From: Deltaproteobacteria bacterium
GTDB taxonomy: Bacteria > Myxococcota_A > UBA9160 > JAFDDA01
Direction of reading: 5' to 3'
DNA length: 64,000 nt
Assembly (NCBI GenBank): GCA_019311105.1
Contig: JAFDDA010000018.1
Location: 14,250 to 78,249, forward strand
A program made the position numbers and the translations under genes. Of this stretch, positions 18,172 through 28,024 are shown piece after piece. The notes below the pieces were generated by a model. It made no database searches. It saw nothing but the letters and a program-made list of their open reading frames with translations, and was not told the DNA's origin. Positions within the stretch are counted from its first letter, which is position 1, and each line of letters starts with the position of its first letter.

Positions 18172-18629
18172 CCCGAGGTTTCGCGTTCGGAAGAGCACGG
18201 GCCGTGGGCTGGCTCGCGGTTCTTGCGTGGTGGGCGGTGCCTTGCGTCGCCGCGGCGGAGGGCGTCGCTGCGGGTTCGATCGCGAAGGCCTGCCAACTCG
18301 ACGTCCAGCTCTTCTGCTCCGATCTCGACCGAGAAAGCCCGAAGCGCGAGTTCGTGGCCTGCCTCGTCGAGGAGCGGGAGGTGCTGACGGAGGCCTGTCG
18401 AATCGCCATCGACCCGGACTCCGGGCCTCCGCTTCATCGCCCCGGCCGCGGAGCCGTAGCCGACGCTTGCGACGAAGACTTCCGCCGCCTGTGCGGCGAC
18501 GAGAACGATCGCATGGGGTTCGCTCGCTGCGTCCACAGTCGCCGCGGACAGTTCTCGGACGCATGCCGCGACGCACTGGACGCTCATCAGCCCGGCGCGG
18601 GCGGAAAGCGGTCGCGGCGGCTGCCCTGA
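18168..18629 (+). CDS. Secreted cysteine-rich-repeat protein (two C-x2-D-x4-C...C...C units)
   Basis: GTGA overlap with the upstream stop; ACQLDVQLFC...ACL...EAC and ACDEDFRRLC...RCV...DAC. Confidence 0.7.
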   Translation: MTRGFAFGRARAVGWLAVLAWWAVPCVAAAEGVAAGSIAKACQLDVQLFCSDLDRESPKREFVACLVEEREVLTEACRIAIDPDSGPPLHRPGRGAVADACDEDFRRLCGDENDRMGFARCVHSRRGQFSDACRDALDAHQPGAGGKRSRRLP

Positions 18630-18639
18630 AGCGATCTTC

Positions 18640-19650
18640 CTAGCTGCGGCTCACGCTCGCGTAGAGGCGGGTGAGGGCGAGGCCCTGCGAATGGTGGGCG
18701 AGATGCAGGCGGTAGCCAGGGAAGTCGTCCTTCAGGTACGTCGGGATCTCCCAGAGGTCGCTGGGCGAGATCGAGAGGTCGACCGATAGGCGAGGGCGGT
18801 GCTCGCTCAAGGTGGCCGAGGCACCGTCGAGGATCGCCATGGCGTCGCACCCAGAGACCTCGAGGCGATCGAGCCGGCCGGAGGTCGTGTCCCATACGAA
18901 CTCGTCCACGGTCACGCCGGGGACCGGGTCGCTGCCGTCGTCGCCGGGTTCGTGGCAGCGAGCGCCGCATGCCAGGGCATGGATCGAGAGGCGGGCGCCG
19001 AGGTGGCTCGTCGCGGCGACATCCCGGAGCGCCTCGAGGCGCATCGGGTCCGGCTCGAGGATGTGGACGCAGCCCTCGGGTCCGACTGCCTCGGCGAGCG
19101 CCAGACATTCGTCCTCCTCGGCACCGGTCACGAGAGCCCAGTCGCCATCGGTCCCGGGCACGGCCGGGTGGCCGAGGTCGGGGGGTGCGGGCGGAAGGTC
19201 GCCCGGGTCGAGCTGCTGGCGGTAGCGGAGGAGCCCGTCGAAGACCTCGCGCGAGCCATCGTCCTCGAAGAGATTTCGCGCACGGCCGATGGCGCCCGCC
19301 GCGCCGGCGAGCCGAACGTCGTCGAACCAAGCCGCAGCCCGATCGTCATGGGCGGCCGTCAGGTCGAGGACCGGGCCCTCGAAGCCGTCCGCGCGCAACT
19401 GCACCGTCATGTCCCGTGCATCGCCGCCGGCCGTCACCACGAGGTCGAGGCCCAGGGCCTCCTCGGGAGGAAGGATCGCAAGGCCGAGGATCTCGCCCGT
19501 ACGGTCGGCGTCGAGGAATGCGTTCGGCTTCAGCCCGTGTTCGGCGAGCGCACGAAACGTCGCCTCGGCCACCTCACCGGTGCCGTAGATGGCGAAGCGT
19601 CTCGGTGCGGTCAGGAAGTGGGAGACGGTCTGGTTGCGAAGATTCCGCAT
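18640..19650 (-). CDS. FkbM-methyltransferase-like protein with degenerate motifs
   Basis: N-terminal AIYGTG Rossmann-like segment; VGPEGCVHILEPDP; HRPRLSV...DLWEIP...YRLHLAHH resembles the FkbM C-terminus. Confidence 0.55.
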   Translation of the reverse strand: MRNLRNQTVSHFLTAPRRFAIYGTGEVAEATFRALAEHGLKPNAFLDADRTGEILGLAILPPEEALGLDLVVTAGGDARDMTVQLRADGFEGPVLDLTAAHDDRAAAWFDDVRLAGAAGAIGRARNLFEDDGSREVFDGLLRYRQQLDPGDLPPAPPDLGHPAVPGTDGDWALVTGAEEDECLALAEAVGPEGCVHILEPDPMRLEALRDVAATSHLGARLSIHALACGARCHEPGDDGSDPVPGVTVDEFVWDTTSGRLDRLEVSGCDAMAILDGASATLSEHRPRLSVDLSISPSDLWEIPTYLKDDFPGYRLHLAHHSQGLALTRLYASVSRS

Positions 19651-19795
19651 GGTTCGCCTCGGGTCGGAACTCGACGTCGCTTCATCGGCCGTTGGCGTGG
19701 TCGGCTTGAACGGGCGGCTGAGGCGGTGGGTTCGAGTCATCACTCAACACTGGGAGCCAACCTGCCGTTTGTTAAGGTCGACGCGGGGGAAACAC

Positions 19796-20626
19796 GTGAG
19801 ACTGCTTGGGCCCATGGCCCTCTGGGTCGCCCTTTCGATCGGGGCGCCGCCGGTGGGCTTCGCACGCGCTGACGCGCTGGACGCCGTTGCGGCGGCCGGC
19901 CGCTTCGACACGATCGTGATCGACGCCGGGCACGGCGGCCGCGATGAAGGCGCCCGCGGCCGCGACGGCCTGATCGAAAAGACGGTCGTGCTCGACGTGG
20001 CTCACCGCTTGCGCGACCGCCTGGTGGGGTTCGGCTACCGAGTCGTACTGACCCGCGAGGCCGACGACCGCGTTTCGCTGCGCGATCGCGTGGCCAGCGC
20101 CAACGAAGCCCGCGGCGACCTGTTCGTCTCGGTTCACGCCAACTCGGCCCCACAGAACTGGGTGCGCGGCGTCGAGACCTTCTTCCTCTCCCTGGAGGCC
20201 AGCGACGACGCGGCCCGGGCCCTGGCCCAATCGGAGAACGAGGCGTTCGAGGAGGCCGGAGTCGAGCCCCAGGCCGACTCGAGCGCGCTGCTCGGCATCC
20301 TCGGCGACCTGATGATGAGCGAACACATGGTCGAGTCGAACGAGTTTGCGCGCATGGCCCAGCAGACCCTGGCGCTCCGCGACTCGGTGCGTTCACGCGG
20401 TGTGAAGCAGGCGCCGTTCCACGTCCTGATGGGCGTCCACATGCCGGCGTGCCTGGTCGAGATCGGATTCCTGTCGAACACCCGCGACGAGCGCGAACTC
20501 GGGAGCGCCGCGCGGCGCGCGGAGATTGCCGAGGCTCTCGCCGTTTCGATCGTCCGCTTCGGTGAGCGCTATGATGCCCGGCGCGGTCTGGAGGCTCGGC
20601 CTCCCGTGGCCGCGCAAGGAGGCTAG
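19796..20626 (+). CDS. N-acetylmuramoyl-L-alanine amidase (Amidase_3)
   Basis: [35 protein letters not shown]; start approximate. Confidence 0.92.
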   Translation: MRLLGPMALWVALSIGAPPVGFARADALDAVAAAGRFDTIVIDAGHGGRDEGARGRDGLIEKTVVLDVAHRLRDRLVGFGYRVVLTREADDRVSLRDRVASANEARGDLFVSVHANSAPQNWVRGVETFFLSLEASDDAARALAQSENEAFEEAGVEPQADSSALLGILGDLMMSEHMVESNEFARMAQQTLALRDSVRSRGVKQAPFHVLMGVHMPACLVEIGFLSNTRDERELGSAARRAEIAEALAVSIVRFGERYDARRGLEARPPVAAQGG

Positions 20627-20627
20627 T

Positions 20628-21344
20628 TTGCGTCACGACGGCCGGGCACCCGACGCCCTGCGCCCGCTCCGGATCATCCCCGATTTCACTGACAACCCTC
20701 TCGGCTCCGTGCTGTGCGAGATGGGCCGAACCAAGGTCCTCTGCACCGTGTGCCATGAGAACTCGGTCCCGCGCTTCCTGCAGGGCACGGGACAGGGGTG
20801 GGTGACGGCGGAGTATTCGCTGCTGCCGGGCTCGACGGACACGCGCAGCCAGCGCGAGGCGGCCCGGGGCAAGCAGAGCGGTCGGACGCTCGAGATTCAA
20901 CGCCTGATCGGGCGCAGCCTGCGCGCGGTGGTCGACCAGAAGGCCCTCGGCGACCGCACGCTCTGGGTGGACTGCGACGTGCTCCAGGCCGATGGCGGTA
21001 CGCGCACGGCCTCGATTACCGGCGCGTGGGTGGCGCTCGCCATCGCCATCGAGCGGCTGCAGCTGAAGCAGAACGCCCTGGTCGACTCGGTCGGGGCCAT
21101 CTCGGTGGGTGTGGTGGCCGGCGATCTGCTGCTCGACCTCGACTACCGCGAGGACGCCCGCGCGGATGTCGACATGAACGTCGTCATGACGGGCCAGGGC
21201 AACTTCGTCGAGGTCCAGGGCACGGCCGAGCAGGGCACCTACGACCGCGATCAGCTGATCGCGCTCACCGACTGCGCCGCGTCCGGGATCGCGGAGATCA
21301 CCCGCCTTCAGCAGAAGGCGGTAGGCGAAGCGCGCCGGACTTAG
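20628..21344 (+). CDS. rph: Ribonuclease PH
   Basis: [44 protein letters not shown]; TTG start after AGGAGG. Confidence 0.96.
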   Translation: MRHDGRAPDALRPLRIIPDFTDNPLGSVLCEMGRTKVLCTVCHENSVPRFLQGTGQGWVTAEYSLLPGSTDTRSQREAARGKQSGRTLEIQRLIGRSLRAVVDQKALGDRTLWVDCDVLQADGGTRTASITGAWVALAIAIERLQLKQNALVDSVGAISVGVVAGDLLLDLDYREDARADVDMNVVMTGQGNFVEVQGTAEQGTYDRDQLIALTDCAASGIAEITRLQQKAVGEARRT

Positions 21345-21349
21345 CCGCC

Positions 21350-21952
21350 GTGCCGGCGCCTCGGAAGCGGATCGTCGTGGCGACCGGCAACGCCGGCAAG
21401 TTGCGAGAGATCAAGGCTCTGCTCTCGGACCTGTGCGAGGTCGTCGGGCTCGATGCCTTCCCCGGAGTGAGCTTGCCCGACGAGGGTGAGGACTACCGCG
21501 AGAACGCGGCCGAGAAGGCCCGCGTCGCGGCGCGCGCCACCGGGCTGCCGGCTCTGGGAGACGATTCCGGCATCGAGGTCGCGGGTCTCGGGGGCGCGCC
21601 CGGCCCGCTCTCGGCCCGCTATGGCGGGGCCGAACTCGATGCGGCCGGGCGGAACGCACGGCTGCTCGAGGCGATCTCCGGCGTTGCGGCCGAGGCCCGC
21701 GCTGCCCGCTTCTACTGCGTCGCCGCCGTCGCCTGGCCCGATGGCCGGGTCGAGACGGCCGAGGGCGAGTGTCGCGGGCGCATCCTGGACACACCGTCCG
21801 GGGGCGGGGGCTTCGGCTACGACCCGGTGTTCCAGCCCGACGGCTATGACGTGTCGATGGCCGAACTCCCCGAGGTCGAGAAGAACCGGCTCTCTCACCG
21901 CGGCCGCGCCCTGGTGGCGCTGCGCCCCGCGATCCTGCGTGCGCTGGCGTGA
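21350..21952 (+). CDS. rdgB: Non-canonical purine NTP pyrophosphatase (RdgB/HAM1)
   Basis: ATGNAGK, DDSGIEV, GFGYDPVF, KNRLSHRGRA; adjacent to rph. Confidence 0.95.
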   Translation: MPAPRKRIVVATGNAGKLREIKALLSDLCEVVGLDAFPGVSLPDEGEDYRENAAEKARVAARATGLPALGDDSGIEVAGLGGAPGPLSARYGGAELDAAGRNARLLEAISGVAAEARAARFYCVAAVAWPDGRVETAEGECRGRILDTPSGGGGFGYDPVFQPDGYDVSMAELPEVEKNRLSHRGRALVALRPAILRALA

Positions 21953-21978
21953 AGGCCGAGCCGTCGGTCGAGCGGGGC

Positions 21979-22575
21979 CTAGGCTTCGCCCAGAAGGGCT
22001 TCGAGGTGGCGCCGAGCGCGGAAGGCGCGGCTTTTGGCCGCGGCGGGGTGGACCCCGCGGTCGGCGGCGTAGTCCGCGTAGCTGCGGCCCGCGAGCACGC
22101 AACATTCGATCACGTCGCGCTCTTCGTCGCCGAGCCGAGCGATGCCCTTGCGGAGTCGGCGGGCCGCCTGATGGTGGGCGAGCCCGGCGAGCGCATCGGG
22201 CGCCGGGTCGGTCAGGGCCTCGGGGGAGGCTTCGCTCAAGCTTCCGGTGCGGCGTGCGCGTCGCCGTTCACTGCGAAGCCACATGAGGGCCTCGTTGGCG
22301 ACGATCCGATGCACCCAGGTCGAGACCCGAGCCTGGCCGCGGAACTGATCACGGTGTCGCAGGGCCTTCTCGAAGGCACTCTGCACGACGTCGTGAGCGA
22401 TCTCGGGGTTGCGGGTGTAGCGGAGGGCCACTGCGACCAGCCGGGGTCGCAGCTCTTGAAGGAGCGCGCCGAGCTCGCGATCGCTCGCGGGCAGGCATCG
22501 CGCAGCGACCGTGCCCGCACCGGCGAGCGAGGCCGGGGGGGCGGGCGGGTTCGGGGCCGGGCGTTCCTGGTACAC
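21979..22575 (-). CDS. ECF RNA polymerase sigma factor
   Basis: AHDVVQSAFEKA, FRGQARVSTWVHRIVANEA, AAKSRAFRARRHL; AAGGAG before GTG 22575. Confidence 0.88.
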   Translation of the reverse strand: MYQERPAPNPPAPPASLAGAGTVAARCLPASDRELGALLQELRPRLVAVALRYTRNPEIAHDVVQSAFEKALRHRDQFRGQARVSTWVHRIVANEALMWLRSERRRARRTGSLSEASPEALTDPAPDALAGLAHHQAARRLRKGIARLGDEERDVIECCVLAGRSYADYAADRGVHPAAAKSRAFRARRHLEALLGEA

Positions 22576-22612
22576 GGTTCGCGTCTCCTTCGTCCTGTTC
22601 CGACGGGTGGGA

Positions 22613-22638
22613 TACGATTCGCGTGTGCTGCCGGTTAC
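22613..22638 (-). promoter_or_regulatory. ECF promoter GTAACC-N16-CGTA facing the leftward sigma
   Basis: Reverse strand GTAACC ggcagcacacgcgaat CGTA. Confidence 0.65.
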
Positions 22639-22697
22639 CCAGTGCTGCAGGCCCGAAGGCGGGGCGAAACCGTGGCCTCGGCGCCGGCATCGGGCTC

Positions 22698-22723
22698 GTA
22701 ACCTCATGACGAATCGCACCGTA
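22698..22723 (+). promoter_or_regulatory. ECF promoter GTAACC-N16-CGTA facing the rightward sigma-nrsF operon
   Basis: GTAACC tcatgacgaatcgcac CGTA. Confidence 0.65.
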
Positions 22724-22757
22724 TGAAGCACGAGCGGTCCATCTCCAACGGCTCCGA

Positions 22758-23324
22758 GTGCGCGCGTTGAGCGCGGCCGAGGAGCGGCAGGCCCGCGAGG
22801 AACGTTGGCGCACCTCCATGGCTGCGGCCCAGGACGGCGATGCCAAGGCCTACGAGAGCCTGCTGCAGGAGCTGTTGCCGGAGATTCGGAGCCTGGTGCG
22901 CCGGAGGCTTCCGGACGAGGCGGCCGTCGAGGACATCGTGCAGAACACGCTGCTGGCCATCCATCGTTCGCGTCATACCTACCGCTCGGAGCGTCCCTTC
23001 GGGCCGTGGATGCGGGCTGTGGCGCGCAACGCGTTCCTCGATCACGTGCGGGTGCGCAGCCGTCGCGTGGAACGCGAGGTTCCGCTCGACGCGGTCCCCG
23101 AGCCGGCGGACGACCCGGCCCCGATGCTCGAGCGGGTCGGCCTCTCGCCTGAGCTCGAACGTGCCCTCGCGGAGTTGCCCGCGATTCAGTTGCGCGGCCT
23201 TTCGGTTGCGGAAGCCGCCGTGAAAGCCGGTGTGTCGATGTCGGCGGTGAAGGTCCGGGCCCACCGTGGCTACCGCGCGTTGCGCGCACGATTGGAAGGC
23301 GTGGAAGGATTTCGAGATGGCTGA
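22758..23324 (+). CDS. ECF sigma factor (SigF/ECF16-like) with an apparent 8-aa deletion in region 4
   Basis: AAQDGDAKAYESLL, EDIVQNTLLAIHRSRHTY, PFGPWM, AVKVRAHRGYRAL; followed by an NrsF-like gene. Confidence 0.88.
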   Translation: MRALSAAEERQAREERWRTSMAAAQDGDAKAYESLLQELLPEIRSLVRRRLPDEAAVEDIVQNTLLAIHRSRHTYRSERPFGPWMRAVARNAFLDHVRVRSRRVEREVPLDAVPEPADDPAPMLERVGLSPELERALAELPAIQLRGLSVAEAAVKAGVSMSAVKVRAHRGYRALRARLEGVEGFRDG

Positions 23325-23997
23325 GCCCACTCCCACCGAAGGCGAGACGAGCGACTTCGTGCGCGAGCTCTCGCGCGACCTCTCGCCGGTCGAACGCATC
23401 GCGCGGCTGCGCACCGGGGTGGTGCGCGTTCTGGCGCTGTGGGCAGGCGTTTCGTTGGTGGCCATTGCCGTGAAGGGCGTCACCGGGGACGTTTCGGACC
23501 CGGCGCGTATGCTGGGCGGGTTCGGCGCGATCCTCGCCGGGCTGTCGCTGGTCGGCGTTGGCGGCCTGGTAGCGGCCCTCTCCACCTCGGTCCCGGGCCG
23601 TGAGTCCACTGCCCGGGTCGCTTCGGGCCTGGTGGCCTTCGGGCTCCTGCTCGCGATGGGTCTCGGTGCCGTGTTGCTTCGCGCCGACCCGTCGGCCGCC
23701 GTGGCGGGGACGTTCCGGTCGGACATGATGTGCCTGACGCTTGCTGCGATCGTTGCGGTACTGCCGTCCCTGGGTGCACTTCTCTATGTCGTGCGAGCGG
23801 CGCCGGCGCGGCCGGTGCCGACGCTTTGGGGCGTCGGCCTGGGTTGTGTGGCCCTCGCTGCCTTCACGGTGCAGCTCGGGTGCATGGATCCCGCCTTCCG
23901 GCATCTGCTCGTGAGTCACGCCCTGGCGCCAGCCATCGGTTCGGCGGTGTTCCTGGCACCTCTCTGGCTCGGCTTTCGCCGTCTGCGCCAGGCGTGA
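23317..23997 (+). CDS. NrsF/DUF1109-like multi-TM anti-sigma factor
   Basis: ELSRDLSPVER N-terminus, about six TMs, two Cys (MMCL, LGCM) and a terminal His; overlaps the sigma stop. Confidence 0.75.
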   Translation: MAEPTPTEGETSDFVRELSRDLSPVERIARLRTGVVRVLALWAGVSLVAIAVKGVTGDVSDPARMLGGFGAILAGLSLVGVGGLVAALSTSVPGRESTARVASGLVAFGLLLAMGLGAVLLRADPSAAVAGTFRSDMMCLTLAAIVAVLPSLGALLYVVRAAPARPVPTLWGVGLGCVALAAFTVQLGCMDPAFRHLLVSHALAPAIGSAVFLAPLWLGFRRLRQA

Positions 23998-24036
23998 CGC
24001 ATTCGACGGCCCCGCTCTGCTAGCCTCCGCCGCCTC

Positions 24037-24573
24037 GTGGACACACGGCTCCTCCTGATTCGACATGGACAGTCCGTCTGGAATGCCGCCCGGCGCTGGC
24101 AGGGCCATTCCGATGCACCGCTCTCGCGGCTGGGCCACGAGCAGGCCGAGGAGGTCGCGCAAACCCTGGCCGGCGAAAGCCTCGACGCGCTCTACGCAAG
24201 CGACCTGAAACGCGCCTTCGTGACGGCCCAGTTCGTGGGTGCGCCTCACGGGTTGGTGCCCGTTCGAGACCCGCGCCTGCGCGAACTCGATGTGGGTGCA
24301 TGGGGCGGCCTCACTCGCCACGAGATCTCGACGCGCTGGCCGGGCGCCCTGGCCGCCTTCGACGAGGGCGGGCCCGAGGCGAGGCCCGAGGGCGGTGAGA
24401 CGGGAAGTGCGTTCCGGGCGCGAGTGACGGGCGTTCTCGACGATCTTGCGGATCGCCACCGCGGTGAGACGCTGGCGATCGTGGCTCACGGCGGTGTGCT
24501 GGCCGCGGTCACCGGCGAGTTCGGCCACGCCAACTGCGCGGTGGTTCGGGTGACCTGGCCGCCGCTGGCCTAG
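24037..24573 (+). CDS. Histidine phosphatase (phosphoglycerate mutase family)
   Basis: LIRHGQS, SDLKRA, LRELDVGAWGG, GGET, VAHGG. Confidence 0.92.
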   Translation: MDTRLLLIRHGQSVWNAARRWQGHSDAPLSRLGHEQAEEVAQTLAGESLDALYASDLKRAFVTAQFVGAPHGLVPVRDPRLRELDVGAWGGLTRHEISTRWPGALAAFDEGGPEARPEGGETGSAFRARVTGVLDDLADRHRGETLAIVAHGGVLAAVTGEFGHANCAVVRVTWPPLA

Positions 24574-24579
24574 GCGAGT

Positions 24580-26271
24580 TCAGGCGGCCTGCGTTTCCGC
24601 ACTCGGCCCGTCGTGGCCGAACAAGAGGCGCAGACCTTCGAGCAGGATCCAGACGTCGCAGGCGAGGATGACGGTTCCGACCCCGGCCAGCAGCCACAGC
24701 TCCTTGGTGAAGTAGCCGAAGACCTCGCCGGTCATGGCGACCAGCGTCGCCGCTGCCACGAACACCATGGGCGCGGCGGTGTAGACGACCGGACGTCCGC
24801 GGCGCTTCAGCCAGATCGAGACCACCAGCAGGGTCACGCCCGCCACGAGCTGGTTCGTCGTTCCGAACAATGGCCACAGGATCAGGCCGCCCGTGCCGCC
24901 GGCTTGGGTGACCGCGAGGAGGAGTGCTGCGGCGATCCCTACGGCGCCGGCCGCGTAGCGGTTGGTCAGGGCCCGGACGCCGTAGTTCTCCGCGAGTTCC
25001 GCGATCACCAGGCGTTGGATGCGGGCACCGGTGTCGAGGGAGGTCGCGGCAAAAGCGATCACCATCACGGCGATGAAGGTCTTGGCCGTCTCGAGGGGTA
25101 GACCGAGGGCGGCGACGAACACGCCACCGCCCGTGACGAACGCGTCGAGCTTCGGCCCGAGACCCGAAGCCGCCGACCAGCTCGCGTAGTGGGAGTGCCA
25201 CTCGGCGCCGCTCGCAAAGCCCGCCGTCGACGCCAGCACGGCCAGCAGCCCGAGCGCTCCCTCGCCCAACATGCCGCCGTAGCCGATGGGGCGGGCGTCG
25301 CTCATGCAGGCCACCTGTTTCGAGGTCGTGCCCGAGGCCACCAGCCCGTGGAAGCCCGAGATCGCGCCGCAGGCGATCGTGATGAACAGGAATGGGATCA
25401 TCGGCGGCGCGCCTTCGGGGTTCATGCGCAGCATCGGGGCCTGGACCTCGGGGCGCAGCACGAGCAGGCCGGCGAAGAGCAGGACGAGGGCGGTGACGAG
25501 CTGGTGGGCGTTCAGATAGTCGCGCGGTTGGAGCAGCAACCAGACCGGCAGCACCGAGGCGACGAAGGAATAGAGGAGCAGGATCCAGACCCAGCCGATG
25601 ACCGAGATCTCGGCCACGGCCGGGAAGGCCGCCGCGAAGTCGTTCCCATAGAAGACGGCCGCGATCAGGAAGGCGAAGCCGACCAGTGACGGCACGAGGA
25701 TCGGCACGCCTCGGCGATAGACGAGCCAGCCGAGCCCGAGCGCCACGACGATCTGCACGTTGATCGGGAAGATGGCGCCGGGGTTCGCCTTGAAGAGCGT
25801 CCCGATGATGAAGGCAAACACCGCGAGCACGATCCAGATCAGGATCGAGATCACGAGCAGGAAGAGGGCGCGAACGCGTGGGCTGATGACGTCGCCCGCA
25901 ATCTCGCCAATCGAGCTGCCGCGGTTGCGCAGGCTGATCACCAGGGCGGCGAAGTCGTGGACCGCGCCCATGAAGACCGTTCCCACCGTCACCCAGACCA
26001 GGGCAGGGAGCCAGCCCCAGATCACCGCGAGCGCCGGGCCGACGATCGGTGCGGCACCGGCGATCGAGGTGTAGTGGTGGCCCCAGAGCACCGACTTGCG
26101 GGTGGGGACGAAGTCGACGCCGTCCTCGAATTCGCGCGAGGGCACGGGCTCGTCGTCCGCGAGTTCGAAGATCCGCCGCGACAGGAAGGCGGAGTAGAAG
26201 CGGTAGCCGAGGGCGAAGACGACGAGCGTGATCGTCGCCAGGACGGCGGCGTTCAATGGAGGCTCTGGCAA
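24580..26271 (-). CDS. cstA: Carbon starvation protein A family transporter
   Basis: DGVDFVPT, GHHYTSIAGAAPIVGP, LPVWLLLQPRDYLN, TIACGAISGFH, LWPLFGTTNQL. Confidence 0.93.
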   Translation of the reverse strand: MPEPPLNAAVLATITLVVFALGYRFYSAFLSRRIFELADDEPVPSREFEDGVDFVPTRKSVLWGHHYTSIAGAAPIVGPALAVIWGWLPALVWVTVGTVFMGAVHDFAALVISLRNRGSSIGEIAGDVISPRVRALFLLVISILIWIVLAVFAFIIGTLFKANPGAIFPINVQIVVALGLGWLVYRRGVPILVPSLVGFAFLIAAVFYGNDFAAAFPAVAEISVIGWVWILLLYSFVASVLPVWLLLQPRDYLNAHQLVTALVLLFAGLLVLRPEVQAPMLRMNPEGAPPMIPFLFITIACGAISGFHGLVASGTTSKQVACMSDARPIGYGGMLGEGALGLLAVLASTAGFASGAEWHSHYASWSAASGLGPKLDAFVTGGGVFVAALGLPLETAKTFIAVMVIAFAATSLDTGARIQRLVIAELAENYGVRALTNRYAAGAVGIAAALLLAVTQAGGTGGLILWPLFGTTNQLVAGVTLLVVSIWLKRRGRPVVYTAAPMVFVAAATLVAMTGEVFGYFTKELWLLAGVGTVILACDVWILLEGLRLLFGHDGPSAETQAA

Positions 26272-26290
26272 GGGAGGCGATCGGGACGGC

Positions 26291-27997
26291 TCACGTCAGG
26301 TTCTCCGGGTCGAAGGGGACGTCGCCGGTTCCGCGCAACACGTTCTTCAGGATCTTGCCGGCCGCGTTTCGAGGAAGCGGGTGGTCGATGAACTCGACGA
26401 ACTCCGGGACCTTGAAGGCGGCCAGATGGTCGGCGACCTGCTTTCGTGCCGCGCTCTCCGAGAGCTCCGAGCCCGGCACGCGCCGGACGATCGCCTTCAC
26501 GCGCTCACCGAATTCGGCGTCGGGGACGCCGACGATGGCGGCCTCGTCGATCTCGGGGTGTTCGGCCAGACAGTTCTCGATCTCTACGCAGTACACGTTC
26601 TCACCGCCGCGAATGATCATGTCCTTCGCGCGATCCACGACGAAGAAGAAGCCGTCGGCGTCGCGGTAGGCGAGGTCGCCGGTGTGGAGCCAGCCGTCCT
26701 GGATCGCCTCGGCGGTGGCCTCGGGCCGGTTCCAATAGCCGGGCGTCACGAGCGGCCCGCGGATCCACAACTCACCGAGTTCGCCGTCGGGCACGGGCTC
26801 GCCGTCTTCGCCCATGGCCTCCATGTCGAGGAGCGGCATGGGGCGCCCGATGGAGGTCTTCTTCTCGAGCAGATCCTTGCCGCCGTTCACCGTGGCGACG
26901 CCGTGAGTCTCGGTCAGGCCGTAGGCGTTGGCGAAGGTGGGTTCGATCGGCAGCACCTCGCGCGCGCGCTCGATCGTCTCGGGCGGCGTCGGGGCGCCGC
27001 CGAACGACACGCGCGCGATGCTCGAGAGATCGTACGCCTCCACCTTCGGGTGGTGCACGACCCGGTGGAGCATGGTCGGGATCGCGCCCCAGACGTTGAT
27101 GCGTTCGCGCTCGATCAGCTGCATGACCTGCTCGGCGTCGAACTTGCCCTCGGTGAAGACCATCTTCGCGCCCGTGGTGAGGCCGGCGCACAGGTTCGAA
27201 TGCAGCCCGCCCACGTGGAACAAGGGCGAGGTCAGCAGGCTCGCGGTCTGGGCGCCGTCGGCCGGCACCGGGGAGACGCCCGCCACGACGGCCCCGACCA
27301 CGCCCGACAGAACGATCCCCGTGATCTGGGCGATGGTGCCGCGATGGGTGGTGATGCAGCCCTTCGGCCGACCCGTCGTGCCCGAGGTGTAGAGGATGAT
27401 GAACGGGTCATCCTCGTCGATGGGCCCGTCCGGCGCGTCGTCGTGGGGGACGAGCAGTTCGTCGATCGGCACGGTGCCCGGCGGCGGGTCGTCGCCGATG
27501 AAGAAGATCGTTTCGAGGCTCGGGAGCTTTCCCGCGAGGCTCTCGACCCGGGGGTAGAGCCGCTCGTCGACGACCAGGTAGCGCGAGCCCGAGTCGTTGA
27601 TGCCGTACTCGATCTCTTCCGCGGTCCACCAGCCATTCAGGCCAACGCCGACGCCGCCCAGCGACACCGCGCCGAACAGCGAGAGGATCCAATCCGGGGA
27701 GTTGTAGGCGAGGACGGCGAAGCGGTCGCCGCGCTCGAACCCGTGGGCGCGAGCGAGTTGCCGAGAGGCGCCGAACGCGAGCCGTCGCACGTCGCCGTAG
27801 CCGATGCGTCGCTCGCCCTGGACGAAGCAATCGAGATCCCCGCGTTCGCCCGCGTTCGTGATCTTCTCGCGCATGGAGCGTTCGCGGTTCTTGAACAGCC
27901 GCATGGGGCGGTCCACCACGGTCTCGGTCACGATTTCGAACGGCGCGCCGGGGGCGGTGAGGCCGGCGATGGCTTGCTCGTAGGTCGGCGTGGACAT
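26291..27997 (-). CDS. Long-chain acyl-CoA synthetase (class I adenylate-forming)
   Basis: YTSGTTGRPKG, YGLTET, WLHTGDL, DRAKDMIIRGGENVY, LPRNAAGKILK. Confidence 0.93.
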   Translation of the reverse strand: MSTPTYEQAIAGLTAPGAPFEIVTETVVDRPMRLFKNRERSMREKITNAGERGDLDCFVQGERRIGYGDVRRLAFGASRQLARAHGFERGDRFAVLAYNSPDWILSLFGAVSLGGVGVGLNGWWTAEEIEYGINDSGSRYLVVDERLYPRVESLAGKLPSLETIFFIGDDPPPGTVPIDELLVPHDDAPDGPIDEDDPFIILYTSGTTGRPKGCITTHRGTIAQITGIVLSGVVGAVVAGVSPVPADGAQTASLLTSPLFHVGGLHSNLCAGLTTGAKMVFTEGKFDAEQVMQLIERERINVWGAIPTMLHRVVHHPKVEAYDLSSIARVSFGGAPTPPETIERAREVLPIEPTFANAYGLTETHGVATVNGGKDLLEKKTSIGRPMPLLDMEAMGEDGEPVPDGELGELWIRGPLVTPGYWNRPEATAEAIQDGWLHTGDLAYRDADGFFFVVDRAKDMIIRGGENVYCVEIENCLAEHPEIDEAAIVGVPDAEFGERVKAIVRRVPGSELSESAARKQVADHLAAFKVPEFVEFIDHPLPRNAAGKILKNVLRGTGDVPFDPENLT

Positions 27998-28024
27998 GGC
28001 CGCCTACCTTACCCGATGGCGCGG

